The translations under genes and the position numbers were made by a program. This document shows, piece after piece, positions 26,363-36,195 of a stretch of 64,000 nucleotides of DNA (position 1 is its first letter; each line of letters starts with the position of its first letter). A model generated the notes under the pieces. That model was not told the origin of the DNA and ran no database searches. It was given only the letters and a program-made list of their open reading frames with translations. Origin of the DNA: an uncultured Candidatus Saccharibacteria bacterium (GTDB lineage: Bacteria > Patescibacteriota > Minisyncoccia > Phycocordibacterales > UBA918); the NCBI GenBank assembly GCA_964353135.1, contig CAYGTV010000001.1:151138-215137 (forward strand). The letters run 5' to 3'.

Positions 26363-28081
26363 ATGCGTCGCCAACAACGCACAACTCGCATTAGAATTGT
26401 GGCCGGCGCAATTTGTACCGTCGCTTTTTTGCTTGTAGTGCGAAGTTATGTTGTACAAATTGCACATGGCGAGCAATACACATCGCAGGCAGAAGCCCAG
26501 TATACTCGCACGACTACAGATCTGTATAACCGAGGGTCAATATTCTTTTCTACTCGTGACGGGGCTACGCTTTCGGCAGCGGCGGTAAAATCTGGTTATG
26601 TGCTAGCGCTTGATCCATCACGGATAACTGATGCAGGAAAAGTCTGTTCAACACTCGAGTCGTTTATAGATATCACAAACGAACTGTGTTTGACGCGGGC
26701 GACCCTGGCAAATCGAACCTATGTTGAGATCGACAATCGCATCGATGAAAGTGAGGCTGACGTGATCATAGAAGCAAACCTTGATGGTGTGTTTTTACAT
26801 CAAAACCAATGGCGCTATTATCCAGGTGGTTCAGTAGCCGCTCGCTCGGTCGGGTTTGTTGGTTTTACAGATGATGGTACCGATTTACGTGGGAAATACG
26901 GCCTTGAGCGTCAGTATGATGATGTGTTATATCGTCCAAACGAAGTACGATCAGTAAACTTTTTTGCCGAGCTCTTTAGTGACCTGGGTGGCTATATTGT
27001 TAACAACAAACAGCACAAGTCCGGTGATGTCGTGACAACTCTAGAACCATCGGTTTCGCGTATGCTCGATACCGTCCTACAAGAAACCAACGATCAGTAC
27101 AATAGCAAGCTGACAGGAGCGATCATCATGGATCCTAAAACTGGTGAAATCATTGCTATGAACGCAGTGCCGGTATTTGACCTCAATGATCGTAGTGATG
27201 CGTCAATTGAGCAATTTAGAAACCCCCTGGTTGAAAACGTATATGAGTTTGGTTCTACGATCAAAGCGCTCACTGTGGCAGCGGGGCTTGATAGTGGTGC
27301 GATTGTACCCAGTACAACGTATTATGACAGTGGTGAGCTAACCCTTGATACGTTTACCATCAGAAACTTTGACGGGCGAGGGCGAGGGACTGTGCCAATG
27401 CAAGAAATCCTGAACCAGTCACTCAACACCGGGGTGTCCTGGATTGTGACACAAATGGGTAAAGATCTATTTCGAGATTATTTCCTGAACCTGAAACTGG
27501 GTAGCGAAAGTGGGATTGATCTCCCAAACGAAGCTTTTGGACTGGTTGATAACCTAAATTCACCCCGTGACGTTGAGTATGCTACAGCGTCCTTTGGACA
27601 GGGGATTGCGGTGTCGCCGATAGCAGCCACAAGAGCACTAGCGACACTTGGTAATGGTGGTCACCTAGTTACTCCGCATATCGTTAAACAGATCAATTTT
27701 ACCGATGGTACAACCCATGAAATCAAATACCCAGACGGAGCTCAGGTATTTACTCCCGAAACTAGTGAAGAGATATCAAGGATGCTGACAGTAGTGGTGG
27801 ATGATGCACTCCGCAACGGAACAGTAGCCCTACCAAACCACACTATTGCCGCAAAAACTGGAACTGCGCAGATCGCAGACCCAGTCAACGGTGGGTATTA
27901 TGATGATCGATACCTTCATTCATTTTTTGGTTACTTTCCAGCTTATGACCCAGAATTCATCATTTTCTTGTATACTGTAGAGCCAAAAGGGGTTCGGTAT
28001 GCATCAGAGACGCTCACTACTCCATTTATGGATATGACCAAATTCTTGATTAATTATTACTCAATTCCACCTGACCGATAA
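26363..28081 (+). CDS. ftsI: penicillin-binding protein, division-specific transpeptidase FtsI (PBP3)
   Basis: N-terminal TM anchor and transpeptidase motifs STIK, SLN and KTGTA. Lies within the dcw cluster. Confidence 0.8.
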   Translation: MRRQQRTTRIRIVAGAICTVAFLLVVRSYVVQIAHGEQYTSQAEAQYTRTTTDLYNRGSIFFSTRDGATLSAAAVKSGYVLALDPSRITDAGKVCSTLESFIDITNELCLTRATLANRTYVEIDNRIDESEADVIIEANLDGVFLHQNQWRYYPGGSVAARSVGFVGFTDDGTDLRGKYGLERQYDDVLYRPNEVRSVNFFAELFSDLGGYIVNNKQHKSGDVVTTLEPSVSRMLDTVLQETNDQYNSKLTGAIIMDPKTGEIIAMNAVPVFDLNDRSDASIEQFRNPLVENVYEFGSTIKALTVAAGLDSGAIVPSTTYYDSGELTLDTFTIRNFDGRGRGTVPMQEILNQSLNTGVSWIVTQMGKDLFRDYFLNLKLGSESGIDLPNEAFGLVDNLNSPRDVEYATASFGQGIAVSPIAATRALATLGNGGHLVTPHIVKQINFTDGTTHEIKYPDGAQVFTPETSEEISRMLTVVVDDALRNGTVALPNHTIAAKTGTAQIADPVNGGYYDDRYLHSFFGYFPAYDPEFIIFLYTVEPKGVRYASETLTTPFMDMTKFLINYYSIPPDR

Positions 28082-28182
28082 CCCTACTTGTCCTGTTAGA
28101 AATTTCAGAACGTTCTGCACCTGGGTTAAAATAGATTGTATGCCGACAAACCTACTTACTGACTTAAATAATTTCTACTAGG

Positions 28183-29475
28183 ATGAAACAGACATTGCGA
28201 ACCATTGTTGTAAAAATTCTGACTGCCGAGGCAAAACTACTGCTCAAGCGAAAAAACCCAACAATTATCGCCATTGCTGGTAGTGTTGGAAAAACATCTA
28301 CCAAAGACGCTATTTACGCTGCTATCAAGGATCATGTCCCAGCACGCAAAAGCCAACGTAGCTACAATTCAGAAATTGGCGTGCCACTCACTATTCTAGG
28401 CCTTCCAACTGGGTGGGACAGTCCGGTGCGGTGGTTTTGGAATATCATTGATGGTGGTTTTACCGCCTTGTTTGCGGGCAAATACCCGTCTGTGTTGGTA
28501 CTTGAAACCGGAGTTGATGTCCCAGGCGACATGGATGCGCTAGTAAAGTGGCTCAAGCCAGACATTTCAGTCATTACCCGTCTGCCTGACATTCCCGTGC
28601 ACGTGGAAAATTTCTCTTCACCACAAGCCTTGATCGACGAAGAGATGAAATTAGTGCATGCCACCAGATCCTCTGGAGTGATTGTCTATAACATCGATGA
28701 CGTTGTGATAGAGCGAGAGCTACAGACTGTTCGCCAAAAAGCGATCAGTTATGGGCGGTTCCTGCCAGCAGACGTTTCAGTGAAAAAGGATCAGGTGTAC
28801 TATAAAAATGATCGACCTCAGGGTGTGTCATTCACAATTACTCACGGCGCTAGCACCGGAACACTTAAAATCCCTGGTATCGTCGGACTGCAACCTACCT
28901 ACGCCGCTGCAGCTGGTGTGGCAGTTGCTAGTCATCTAGGGATCACCCTTGACTCTGCTTTGGCTGGTTTAGCAGACTATACTACACCTCCGGGTCGGAT
29001 GCGCGTGTTGCCTGGTATCAAAGGTTCAGTGTTGATCGACGATACGTACAACTCTTCACCAGTGGCTGTCGAACACGCAATTGAAACTGCAGCTACTATA
29101 AAACATGCCAAACGACGGATTGCCGTTATGGGAGATATGTTAGAACTGGGCAAGTATTCCTCAGAAGAACACAAAAAGATTGGTGAGAAATTGGCACACA
29201 ATTTTGACATCCTGTTTACGGTCGGGGTTCGGGCACGATTGTTTGCAGAAGGAGCCCTCAACCATGGCATGGACGAGAGTAACATTTTTCAATACGAACA
29301 AGTTGATCGAGCGGGGCGAGAGCTACAGGCCCTACTGCGGCCAGGGGACGTCGTTTTGATTAAAGCGTCGCAGGGGATCAGAGCTGAACGGATCGTAGAA
29401 GAGGTGATGCTAGAGCCCGAGAAGGCCGCTGATGTACTCGTACGACAGGATGAGATTTGGAAAACCAAGGGTTAA
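28183..29475 (+). CDS. murF: UDP-MurNAc-tripeptide--D-alanyl-D-alanine ligase MurF
   Basis: Mur-ligase P-loop AIAGSVGKTSTK and C-terminal IDDTYNSSP...VMGDMLELG, which is the MurF signature GDMxELG. Confidence 0.75.
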   Translation: MKQTLRTIVVKILTAEAKLLLKRKNPTIIAIAGSVGKTSTKDAIYAAIKDHVPARKSQRSYNSEIGVPLTILGLPTGWDSPVRWFWNIIDGGFTALFAGKYPSVLVLETGVDVPGDMDALVKWLKPDISVITRLPDIPVHVENFSSPQALIDEEMKLVHATRSSGVIVYNIDDVVIERELQTVRQKAISYGRFLPADVSVKKDQVYYKNDRPQGVSFTITHGASTGTLKIPGIVGLQPTYAAAAGVAVASHLGITLDSALAGLADYTTPPGRMRVLPGIKGSVLIDDTYNSSPVAVEHAIETAATIKHAKRRIAVMGDMLELGKYSSEEHKKIGEKLAHNFDILFTVGVRARLFAEGALNHGMDESNIFQYEQVDRAGRELQALLRPGDVVLIKASQGIRAERIVEEVMLEPEKAADVLVRQDEIWKTKG

Positions 29476-29492
29476 TATAGTATAAATAGAAT

Positions 29493-30182
29493 ATGGATAC
29501 ACAACCGATGTACGTAGAACAATCATCAGTCGCGCAGTTCGACCAACAAACGTTCCTACGTCAAACCTACGGACACCTGCTAGGGGCAGTGATTGCCTTT
29601 ATCGCCCTTGAATACGTGCTATTTACCAGTGGAATCGCCTTGGCGATCGCCCCAATTATGACCAGCAACTGGTTGATTGTCATTGGCGGATTTATGCTCC
29701 TTGGATTTATCACTAGCTATTTTGCCGGCCGGGCCAGCACTCCAGGAATGCAGTATGTAGAGATGGGAGTGACCATCTTACTGCAATCAATTATCTTCGT
29801 CCCGCTTTTAGTGGTGGCAATCTACTACACAGACATTTCAGTGTTACAAAACGCGGCCATGATCACCCTGGCAGTATTTGCTGGGATGTCAGCAATAGTG
29901 GCGTATTCTGGCAAGAACTTTTCGTTTCTCGGACCATTTTTAGCCGTCATCGGTATTGCTGCACTGATCGCGATTGTTGGCGCACTTCTATTTGGTTTCT
30001 CGCTTGGATTCTACTTTGCCCTAGCGATGGCAGTATTTGCGGCTGTAGTGGTGTTGTACGAGACATCCAATGTATTACACAAGTATGGCCCTGGTCAGCA
30101 TATCGCTGCCGCTACGGGGCTATTTGCGGCTGTAGCACTACTGTTCTACTACGTCCTGATGGCGTTGATCAGCCGCCGCTAG
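29493..30182 (+). CDS. Bax-inhibitor-1/YccA-family membrane protein (7 TM)
   Basis: FLRQTYGHLLGAV N-terminal motif and a seven-helix profile. Confidence 0.65.
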   Translation: MDTQPMYVEQSSVAQFDQQTFLRQTYGHLLGAVIAFIALEYVLFTSGIALAIAPIMTSNWLIVIGGFMLLGFITSYFAGRASTPGMQYVEMGVTILLQSIIFVPLLVVAIYYTDISVLQNAAMITLAVFAGMSAIVAYSGKNFSFLGPFLAVIGIAALIAIVGALLFGFSLGFYFALAMAVFAAVVVLYETSNVLHKYGPGQHIAAATGLFAAVALLFYYVLMALISRR

Positions 30183-30220
30183 CCAAAAGGGCTCCAAACC
30201 ATTGACAAAATACAAAAAAG

Positions 30221-31546
30221 TTGTATTTTGTCACTATGCAAGCAATCCCCGTCATTGCCGGAATTCTTCTCCTTGGTCTGGTTACCGTATCAGGCTTTAG
30301 TTTGGTGCCCGAGTCAGCCCTTAGTGGCGGCACCAACAGTCTTAATGGTGGTGGGGTACGGATAGATACCGACGTAACGGTTCGTACATCCTCTGGTCAG
30401 CTGTTTTCTGGTTCCGTCAGCCAACCCGATCCGGTAATTACCGCTGTCACCGCCAAAAGTCCACAAAACATCGAGCGCAATACAGCCACGTTGCGTGGGC
30501 GAATTATCGTTGGGCCAGAGAAACTTGGTGTAGCGTTTTTTGTGTACGGAACTAGTCGAGCAGACGTCACTCGTTTGACTGATCGTGCTGATTCATACGC
30601 CGATGTGCTAGAGGATGCGCAGACCAACACGCTGACCAAACGCGTATCTAGCTCACCGCGTCAAACCGGTGATGTGTCGGTCCGGGTTGGTGGTTTAGCG
30701 GTAGATGCAAATTACTACGTACAGCTGTGTGTCGAGATGGAGGAAACATTGCGCTGTTCAGCGGCGCTTGATTTTAAATCTTTAGACGGTCCAGCCCGTG
30801 CGGCTGACGCACGGATTCCTACCCTTCGGGCTAGCAGTGAATTAGTTTCAGGTGAAGAAATTAAACTGTCGATCAACATAGACATGCGTGATACTAAAGA
30901 CGGACGAGTGTACGTATTATATGGAGAGTCTCAATCAGACGTAACGGCGGCTAGTAAAGAGGAGTATGGTGATATTGATGAAAACGGCGACCGTTTGCAA
31001 AAGAGCCGGGTGGCAGCCGGGGTTATTGGGTCTCGTAAATTTGTTGCACTGATTGACGACCTAGACGACAATACTGACTATTTCTATGCAGTATGTGTGT
31101 CATACGATGGCCGGCGAGATGGATTTGTGTGCACGCGGGTATACTCTTTCACCACCCCAGACGATTCGTATGGACAAGCACCACGGGTAACCACTGGGGC
31201 AGTCAGCGTGAGCGGTAATACAATTACGCTTGAAGGAGCGGTAAACATGAGGTCATTTAGGAATACCCAAGCGTTCTTTGTGTACGGCACAGACGAAAGC
31301 GTAGTCAAACAGGTGGAAGGGCAGCGTGCCATGATTAACATTCGCCAAAACGGTGATCGCCTGCAGCGAGTGTTGGTGGATGGTGATCTGGATCGCTCTG
31401 ATTCATTTAGAACTATTGTCCGTGACCTGCGATTTGCGACGCCATACGTTGCGCGTCTGTGTGTCGAGTTTGAAAACGAGGATGAACGCGGCCGCGATCA
31501 CATGTATGTGGAGTGTGGGGAAGTGAGTGAGTTTACGACTAACTAA
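30221..31546 (+). CDS. secreted or TM-anchored protein with three tandem repeats of about 115 aa (TLxGxV...FFVYGT...CVE)
   Basis: N-terminal hydrophobic anchor. The internal repeats are visible in the translation. Confidence 0.5.
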   Translation: MYFVTMQAIPVIAGILLLGLVTVSGFSLVPESALSGGTNSLNGGGVRIDTDVTVRTSSGQLFSGSVSQPDPVITAVTAKSPQNIERNTATLRGRIIVGPEKLGVAFFVYGTSRADVTRLTDRADSYADVLEDAQTNTLTKRVSSSPRQTGDVSVRVGGLAVDANYYVQLCVEMEETLRCSAALDFKSLDGPARAADARIPTLRASSELVSGEEIKLSINIDMRDTKDGRVYVLYGESQSDVTAASKEEYGDIDENGDRLQKSRVAAGVIGSRKFVALIDDLDDNTDYFYAVCVSYDGRRDGFVCTRVYSFTTPDDSYGQAPRVTTGAVSVSGNTITLEGAVNMRSFRNTQAFFVYGTDESVVKQVEGQRAMINIRQNGDRLQRVLVDGDLDRSDSFRTIVRDLRFATPYVARLCVEFENEDERGRDHMYVECGEVSEFTTN

Positions 31547-32124
31547 ATTTCTTCCCCTGTCTCTAAAATAATATCCAACAGCTCCTGCTTGCCAGTGCCA
31601 GTTTTAGATGAGTAGGGGACCAGGACAAATCCGTTTAATTCTCGCTGCAATTCCTTGATGCGATTTGGTCGTTTTGATGGTTTTATTTTGTCGATCTTGT
31701 TCAGCACAATGACAATTCGCTTTTTTTCGTCCATCAAGTCTTGTAGCATCGCCCAATCGTCCTTGGTCGGGCCAACCACCGAGTCAATCAGCACAACCAC
31801 TAGTGGATCAGCTTTTGATTTAAATAAATACCAAGAAATAAGTTCGCTAAGCTGTTGGAGAGTTTCTCCACTGGCTTTGGCATAGCCGTAGCCAGGCAAG
31901 TCCATGAAATAGTGCGAGTTGTTGATCAAAAATACGTTAATTTCCTTTGTTCGGCCCGGAGTCTTACTGGCAATAGCCAATTTCTTTTGATTGGTCAGCG
32001 AATTGAGCAGGGTAGATTTACCGGCGTTAGAACGCCCAATAAACGCCACCTGAGGGGTTCCGTTGTGTAGGATGTCAGCCGGACCGACTAGTCCCTGGAG
32101 GAATTTTGCTGAGGTGATTTGCAT
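31543..32124 (-). CDS. engB: ribosome biogenesis GTPase EngB/YihA
   Basis: G1 motif GRSNAGKST, G3 DLPGYG and G4 NKIDK. Its stop codon overlaps the stop of the convergent upstream gene. Confidence 0.85.
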   Translation of the reverse strand: MQITSAKFLQGLVGPADILHNGTPQVAFIGRSNAGKSTLLNSLTNQKKLAIASKTPGRTKEINVFLINNSHYFMDLPGYGYAKASGETLQQLSELISWYLFKSKADPLVVVLIDSVVGPTKDDWAMLQDLMDEKKRIVIVLNKIDKIKPSKRPNRIKELQRELNGFVLVPYSSKTGTGKQELLDIILETGEEI

Positions 32125-32437
32125 GTAGGGAATGGTAGCAGAATTGGAGAGGGAATGCGACGTAAAAGACTGTAGGATGAAATTTGAGTGAGTTGTAAGT
32201 ACTTATTTAAAATTCGTTTTTCTTGCTGGTGAAAAAAGTGACGTTGAGTTAGCGACACTTTCGATGTATGTAAAAACATGGTAGGTTGTTTTTGGAGAGG
32301 TACATTCTCCGGAAAGGAGGCTACTATGGAAGGTGGCTAACCCTGGTCCGCTGAACTGAAATGCGCAGACTTGCGCACCATTGCGCCCCTAGGGTGATAC
32401 GGCCTTGGCCGTCTTTATTCAGTCATCAGCGACCACA

Positions 32438-32468
32438 GGCCGCGCTCATTGTGAGTGCGGCCTTTTTG
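32438..32468 (+). terminator. plus-strand intrinsic terminator GGCCGCGCTCA-TTG-TGAGTGCGGCC followed by T5
   Basis: 11-bp stem and T-run. No plus-strand CDS lies upstream, so it may close a small RNA. Confidence 0.6.
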
Positions 32469-32477
32469 TTTGAATAC

Positions 32478-33236
32478 TCAATTGACTACTGGATTGTGGT
32501 CCCAGTAGGTATCAAAAAGTCGTTTCATCGCTTTAGCAATATCGGCTTGGTCGATAGTGACCCCGACTATGTCACTTTTCATTGCTGCAAACGAAACTGT
32601 GTTTCCATAAATGTATATGTCACAACCAAATAAGCCAGAGGCGTCTTTGATTCGTTTTAAATGTTGATAATGAAACGGATTAAAATCTGGTCCAGATTCC
32701 AAGCTATAAATAATGTATGACTGGATAGTTTGTTGTTTACGCTTATCACTGTAGGAACGCAGCTCATCTTTTGTAAAGACTCTAGTTAAGTCATCATAAT
32801 CCATTACTATGCGGATTTTTTTGTCTTCAGAATTGAATACTTCATTGCGCATTGCCATCAGTCCATCTTTACCTTGAAAGTGTCGAATCACTGGAGTGAC
32901 ACCGTGGCTCACATATGCTTTAGCTAAATCAGGTAGCAGCTCTTTAATTTGTTTTTTCTGGCGCTCGAGGGTGGTGATTTGTTTATGCAGTAGTACCTCT
33001 AAGTTTTCTGGTGATTGGGCAGTAAAAAAAGTTTTCTTTTCATTTTTAAAACTAGCCACCAAGCCCAGATTTAACAATGACCGTAACTGCACGTAGGTAG
33101 TAGAGCGATTTAGCTTGGTTTGTGTTGCGAGTTGGCTGGCTGTGGTTTTTCCGGTACGTAAAAGTGTCTCGTATACGACAGCTTCTTTCTCACTTAACCC
33201 AAACCTTTGCAATTGCTTTGTGTGTGTAGATTCCAT
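32478..33236 (-). CDS. TrmB-family HTH transcriptional regulator
   Basis: N-terminal winged HTH (LSEKEAVVYETLLRTGKTTASQLATQTKLNRSTTYVQL) and a C-terminal TrmB-like domain. Confidence 0.6.
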   Translation of the reverse strand: MESTHTKQLQRFGLSEKEAVVYETLLRTGKTTASQLATQTKLNRSTTYVQLRSLLNLGLVASFKNEKKTFFTAQSPENLEVLLHKQITTLERQKKQIKELLPDLAKAYVSHGVTPVIRHFQGKDGLMAMRNEVFNSEDKKIRIVMDYDDLTRVFTKDELRSYSDKRKQQTIQSYIIYSLESGPDFNPFHYQHLKRIKDASGLFGCDIYIYGNTVSFAAMKSDIVGVTIDQADIAKAMKRLFDTYWDHNPVVN

Positions 33237-33334
33237 ATTTGTTAAAAAACAATAACACTTTTTGTCAAAAATTACACATTTTTGGTTTATTATGGCAGAA
33301 TTTTGCTATTTTTTATGTAAACAGATAATTATTT

Positions 33335-33365
33335 TTGACATTTATCGCGAGTCTGAGATTATAAA
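33335..33365 (+). promoter_or_regulatory. sigma70-like promoter TTGACA-17-ATTATA (or TATAAA) in the AT-rich divergent region upstream of the yeaQ-like gene
   Basis: Consensus -35 box read from the sequence. Confidence 0.4.
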
Positions 33366-33427
33366 TAGTGTTGAAATTATAAGTTCCTCAAGATGAAGAC
33401 ATTATCTTGATGTAATAATAAATCACT

Positions 33428-33676
33428 ATGAGTATTATTGGATGGATCATTTTAGGTGGAATTGCTGGCTGGATTGCGTCACTGGTTATGAAAGCTGACG
33501 CTTCTATGGGTATTTTTGCCAACATTTTAGTCGGTATTGTGGGAGCCTTTATCGGGGGCTTTGCATTCAGTCTCATTGGGGCTACCGAAGTTACTGGTTT
33601 TAATCTCTACAGTCTCTTGGTCGCGACGGTGGGGGCAGTTATTTTGCTTTGGATTGTGCAGTTGGCACGGTCATAG
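33428..33676 (+). CDS. GlsB/YeaQ/YmgE-family (transglycosylase-associated) small membrane protein
   Basis: 82 aa. G-rich TM helices IILGGIAGWIAS and VGIVGAFIGG are typical of the family. Confidence 0.7.
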   Translation: MSIIGWIILGGIAGWIASLVMKADASMGIFANILVGIVGAFIGGFAFSLIGATEVTGFNLYSLLVATVGAVILLWIVQLARS

Positions 33677-33717
33677 AGAAATCTGTCGAACGTTATTAGC
33701 TGAATAAAATATAAAGT

Positions 33718-34227
33718 ATGCAAAATCAATCAACAAACACTGGCTGGATATGGTTCGTTGGAATCATCAGTATCGTCGCCCTAGTGCTGGCGTGGATGGC
33801 TTACAATCGCGCAGGCGAAAACCTATCAACCCAAGTTGAGCAAGTCGGAGATGAGCTTGCGATGGAAGCAGAGCAAGCGACCAATCAGCTTGGCAGCGCT
33901 GTAGAACAAAATACAGACCAGGTCGTAAGCAGTACCGAAGCCGCGTTGGCTCGAGCCGAAGCTAGAGCTGAACTGCTCGCCCTAGAAGCTGAACTGGAGG
34001 TGGAGGCTAACTATCAAGCAGCGGTAGCCCAAGTGGAACAAGTTCGTTTAGACTTGCGTAATACCTACCAAAACGCTGAGGGAGAGGTGAGGGCACAGTG
34101 GCAAGAGGTAGATCAAGAACTGAGCGATTTAGAATCCTCGCTTCGAACCGAGTCGGCTGATGCATTAGAAGTATTGGGTGGACTCATTCTTATGCTTGAG
34201 GCAGACGTTCGAACTGATGAACAATAA
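33718..34227 (+). CDS. membrane-anchored coiled-coil protein (169 aa)
   Basis: One N-terminal TM helix followed by an Ala/Glu-rich helical region. Confidence 0.45.
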   Translation: MQNQSTNTGWIWFVGIISIVALVLAWMAYNRAGENLSTQVEQVGDELAMEAEQATNQLGSAVEQNTDQVVSSTEAALARAEARAELLALEAELEVEANYQAAVAQVEQVRLDLRNTYQNAEGEVRAQWQEVDQELSDLESSLRTESADALEVLGGLILMLEADVRTDEQ

Positions 34228-34446
34228 GTAAAAGTAATTACATAATTTAAGAACATTAGGAGCACTAACAGTAAAATATATGTCGCATACGTTTAAAAAA
34301 ACCATCGATAACACTACAATAGTGCAACTAGAGCGAGCCAACGAAATTAGAGAGTTGTTAACTGAGCAAAAAACCACCAAACTTTCTCCTGAAATAGAAC
34401 GAGTCGTGCAGCAAGCTGCCTTAGTAGAAATAATCTCATAATTACT

Positions 34447-34728
34447 ATGAATAATACTAATCACACTGTCAGTGTAGTCGAAGACCGTATCAAAGAATAC
34501 CAGGCGCAGCTTAAAGAATGGGAAGCAGAAGTAGAGCAGCTTGATGCCGAAGCAAGAATTGCATACGAGCAAGAACGCGATGGTTTCACTCGCGAACTAG
34601 CAGAAGCGTGGCAGGATCTCACTGAGGCAAAACTTGAAGAGTATATGGCACGCGTTGAAGGGTCATATCAAAATCTCAAGGCTCGTTGGGATACATATTT
34701 GGCCAAGCGTGGCAGTAGTGGCACGTAA
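34447..34728 (+). CDS. small coiled-coil hypothetical protein (93 aa)
   Basis: ORF rich in charged residues. A 55-aa ORF (34280..34447) directly upstream is also possible. Confidence 0.35.
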   Translation: MNNTNHTVSVVEDRIKEYQAQLKEWEAEVEQLDAEARIAYEQERDGFTRELAEAWQDLTEAKLEEYMARVEGSYQNLKARWDTYLAKRGSSGT

Positions 34729-34846
34729 TAAAGAGGGGTCACGACCTGCATCGAACGTGACTCAATCTTGTTAAATCAATCAGATCATATGAACACACAA
34801 AACTGCCACCAAAAAAGCCGATCGGGTACCTGGCGTAAAAAATAAT

Positions 34847-35443
34847 ATGCCAGCGCACAAAAACTACCATCGTTTGGAGAACGTCGTGCAGAAAGTCACT
34901 GACATGAGTCAGGATAAGGATAGGGTGACCGTCTCAGACGTGCTTGACGTCATTGGACGTCGTACATTTGGCCCACTTTTAGTCTTTATCGGACTTATTC
35001 TAGCGATTCCTGGAGTTGGGGATATTCCCGGAGTGCCAGTGCTGTTTGGGGCAATTATCATCCTTACAGTTGGACAGCAAGTAGTCGGTCGGTCGCATAT
35101 TTGGCTACCTGATTGGTTGTTACGTCGATCAGTGAAACGCAAATATCTAAAAAAATCACTAGCCTACGCGAAGCGGCCAGCCAGAAAGGTAGACCAGTGG
35201 ACGACTGAACGACTAGATGTGCTCGTTACCAATAAAATCAGCATATATGCTAGTTCGTTAGCCTGCCTCTCGATTTCTATTCTGACTCCAGCCATGGAGG
35301 TCGTATTTTTCAGCGCTAATATTGCTGGAGTCTGCTTGTTCTTGTTTGGGTTGGCCTACTTGGCTCATGACGGGTTGGTGATGCTCCTGAGCTTTGCCGT
35401 ATATCTCGGATTACTAACATTACTCATACTTGGTCTTACTTAA
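34847..35443 (+). CDS. ExoD-like membrane protein
   Basis: About 200 aa with the RRTFGPLLVFIGLILAIPGVGD region typical of the ExoD family. The family call is tentative. Confidence 0.45.
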   Translation: MPAHKNYHRLENVVQKVTDMSQDKDRVTVSDVLDVIGRRTFGPLLVFIGLILAIPGVGDIPGVPVLFGAIIILTVGQQVVGRSHIWLPDWLLRRSVKRKYLKKSLAYAKRPARKVDQWTTERLDVLVTNKISIYASSLACLSISILTPAMEVVFFSANIAGVCLFLFGLAYLAHDGLVMLLSFAVYLGLLTLLILGLT

Positions 35444-35451
35444 ATTAAATT

Positions 35452-36195
35452 ATGTCCACGTCACTCATTGCTGCACTATTCATCATCGGAGCGATCCTTG
35501 TAGCTGGAGTACTCTGGTACTTTCTGCGTGATTCTACTGTCTGGCTTGTGGCACGGGTATCACCACACGAACAGACAGCAGTCGGTCGACCACAGGTGCT
35601 TATCCTAGGCGATAGTACAGGGTATGGCACTGGAGCATCTGACGGCGAGTATAGTATCGCTGGTCGCATTGGCAACACATACGATGTATCAATTAACAAT
35701 CAGAGTGTAAATGGTCGTACGATTGGAGAGTTAGAGCAAGACAAAGAATCAATTTTAGGTAGGTATGAAGTTATTCTGCTACAAATCGGTGCTAACGATA
35801 TATTACAAAGACGATCAGTTGCTGAAGTTGAAGTAGAACTACGCCGCCTTGTTTCTTACTTGACGCGTAAAACTGACCATTTGCTCATGATGTCGTCTGG
35901 TAACGTCGGCGGAGCGATTGCGTTTTCAGATACCGAAGCCACTGAGTACGAGACACTCTCCCGTCAGTATCGAGCAATGTTCATGCGAGTTGCTACCGAG
36001 AAGGAGTTAACCTATGTAGATTTGTTTGAAGAACCAGAAAATGATGTCTTTGTCGCCCAGCCAGACCTATACTTTGCCGCCGACGGTTTGCATCCGAGTG
36101 ATGCGGGCTACGCAGTGTGGTTTTCGAAGCTGCAAACGATCCTGCACCCAATTCTAAAAAACTATGAAGTGGCCTTTTCAAACATTCGAAATTAA
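35452..36195 (+). CDS. SGNH/GDSL-family hydrolase (TM-anchored)
   Basis: Block I is LILGDSTGYGTGASDG and the catalytic DxxH lies near the C-terminus (DGLHPSDAG). Confidence 0.7.
   Translation: MSTSLIAALFIIGAILVAGVLWYFLRDSTVWLVARVSPHEQTAVGRPQVLILGDSTGYGTGASDGEYSIAGRIGNTYDVSINNQSVNGRTIGELEQDKESILGRYEVILLQIGANDILQRRSVAEVEVELRRLVSYLTRKTDHLLMMSSGNVGGAIAFSDTEATEYETLSRQYRAMFMRVATEKELTYVDLFEEPENDVFVAQPDLYFAADGLHPSDAGYAVWFSKLQTILHPILKNYEVAFSNIRN

Noticed and set aside
32265-32440. SRP RNA or RNase P RNA identity for the candidate sRNA region
   Set aside because: Neither the SRP domain IV motif (GGUCAGGUCCGGAAGGAAGCAGCC-like) nor the RNase P P4 motif (GGAAAGUCCGGGCUCC and AGGGUGAAA) is present. It stays an unclassified candidate.
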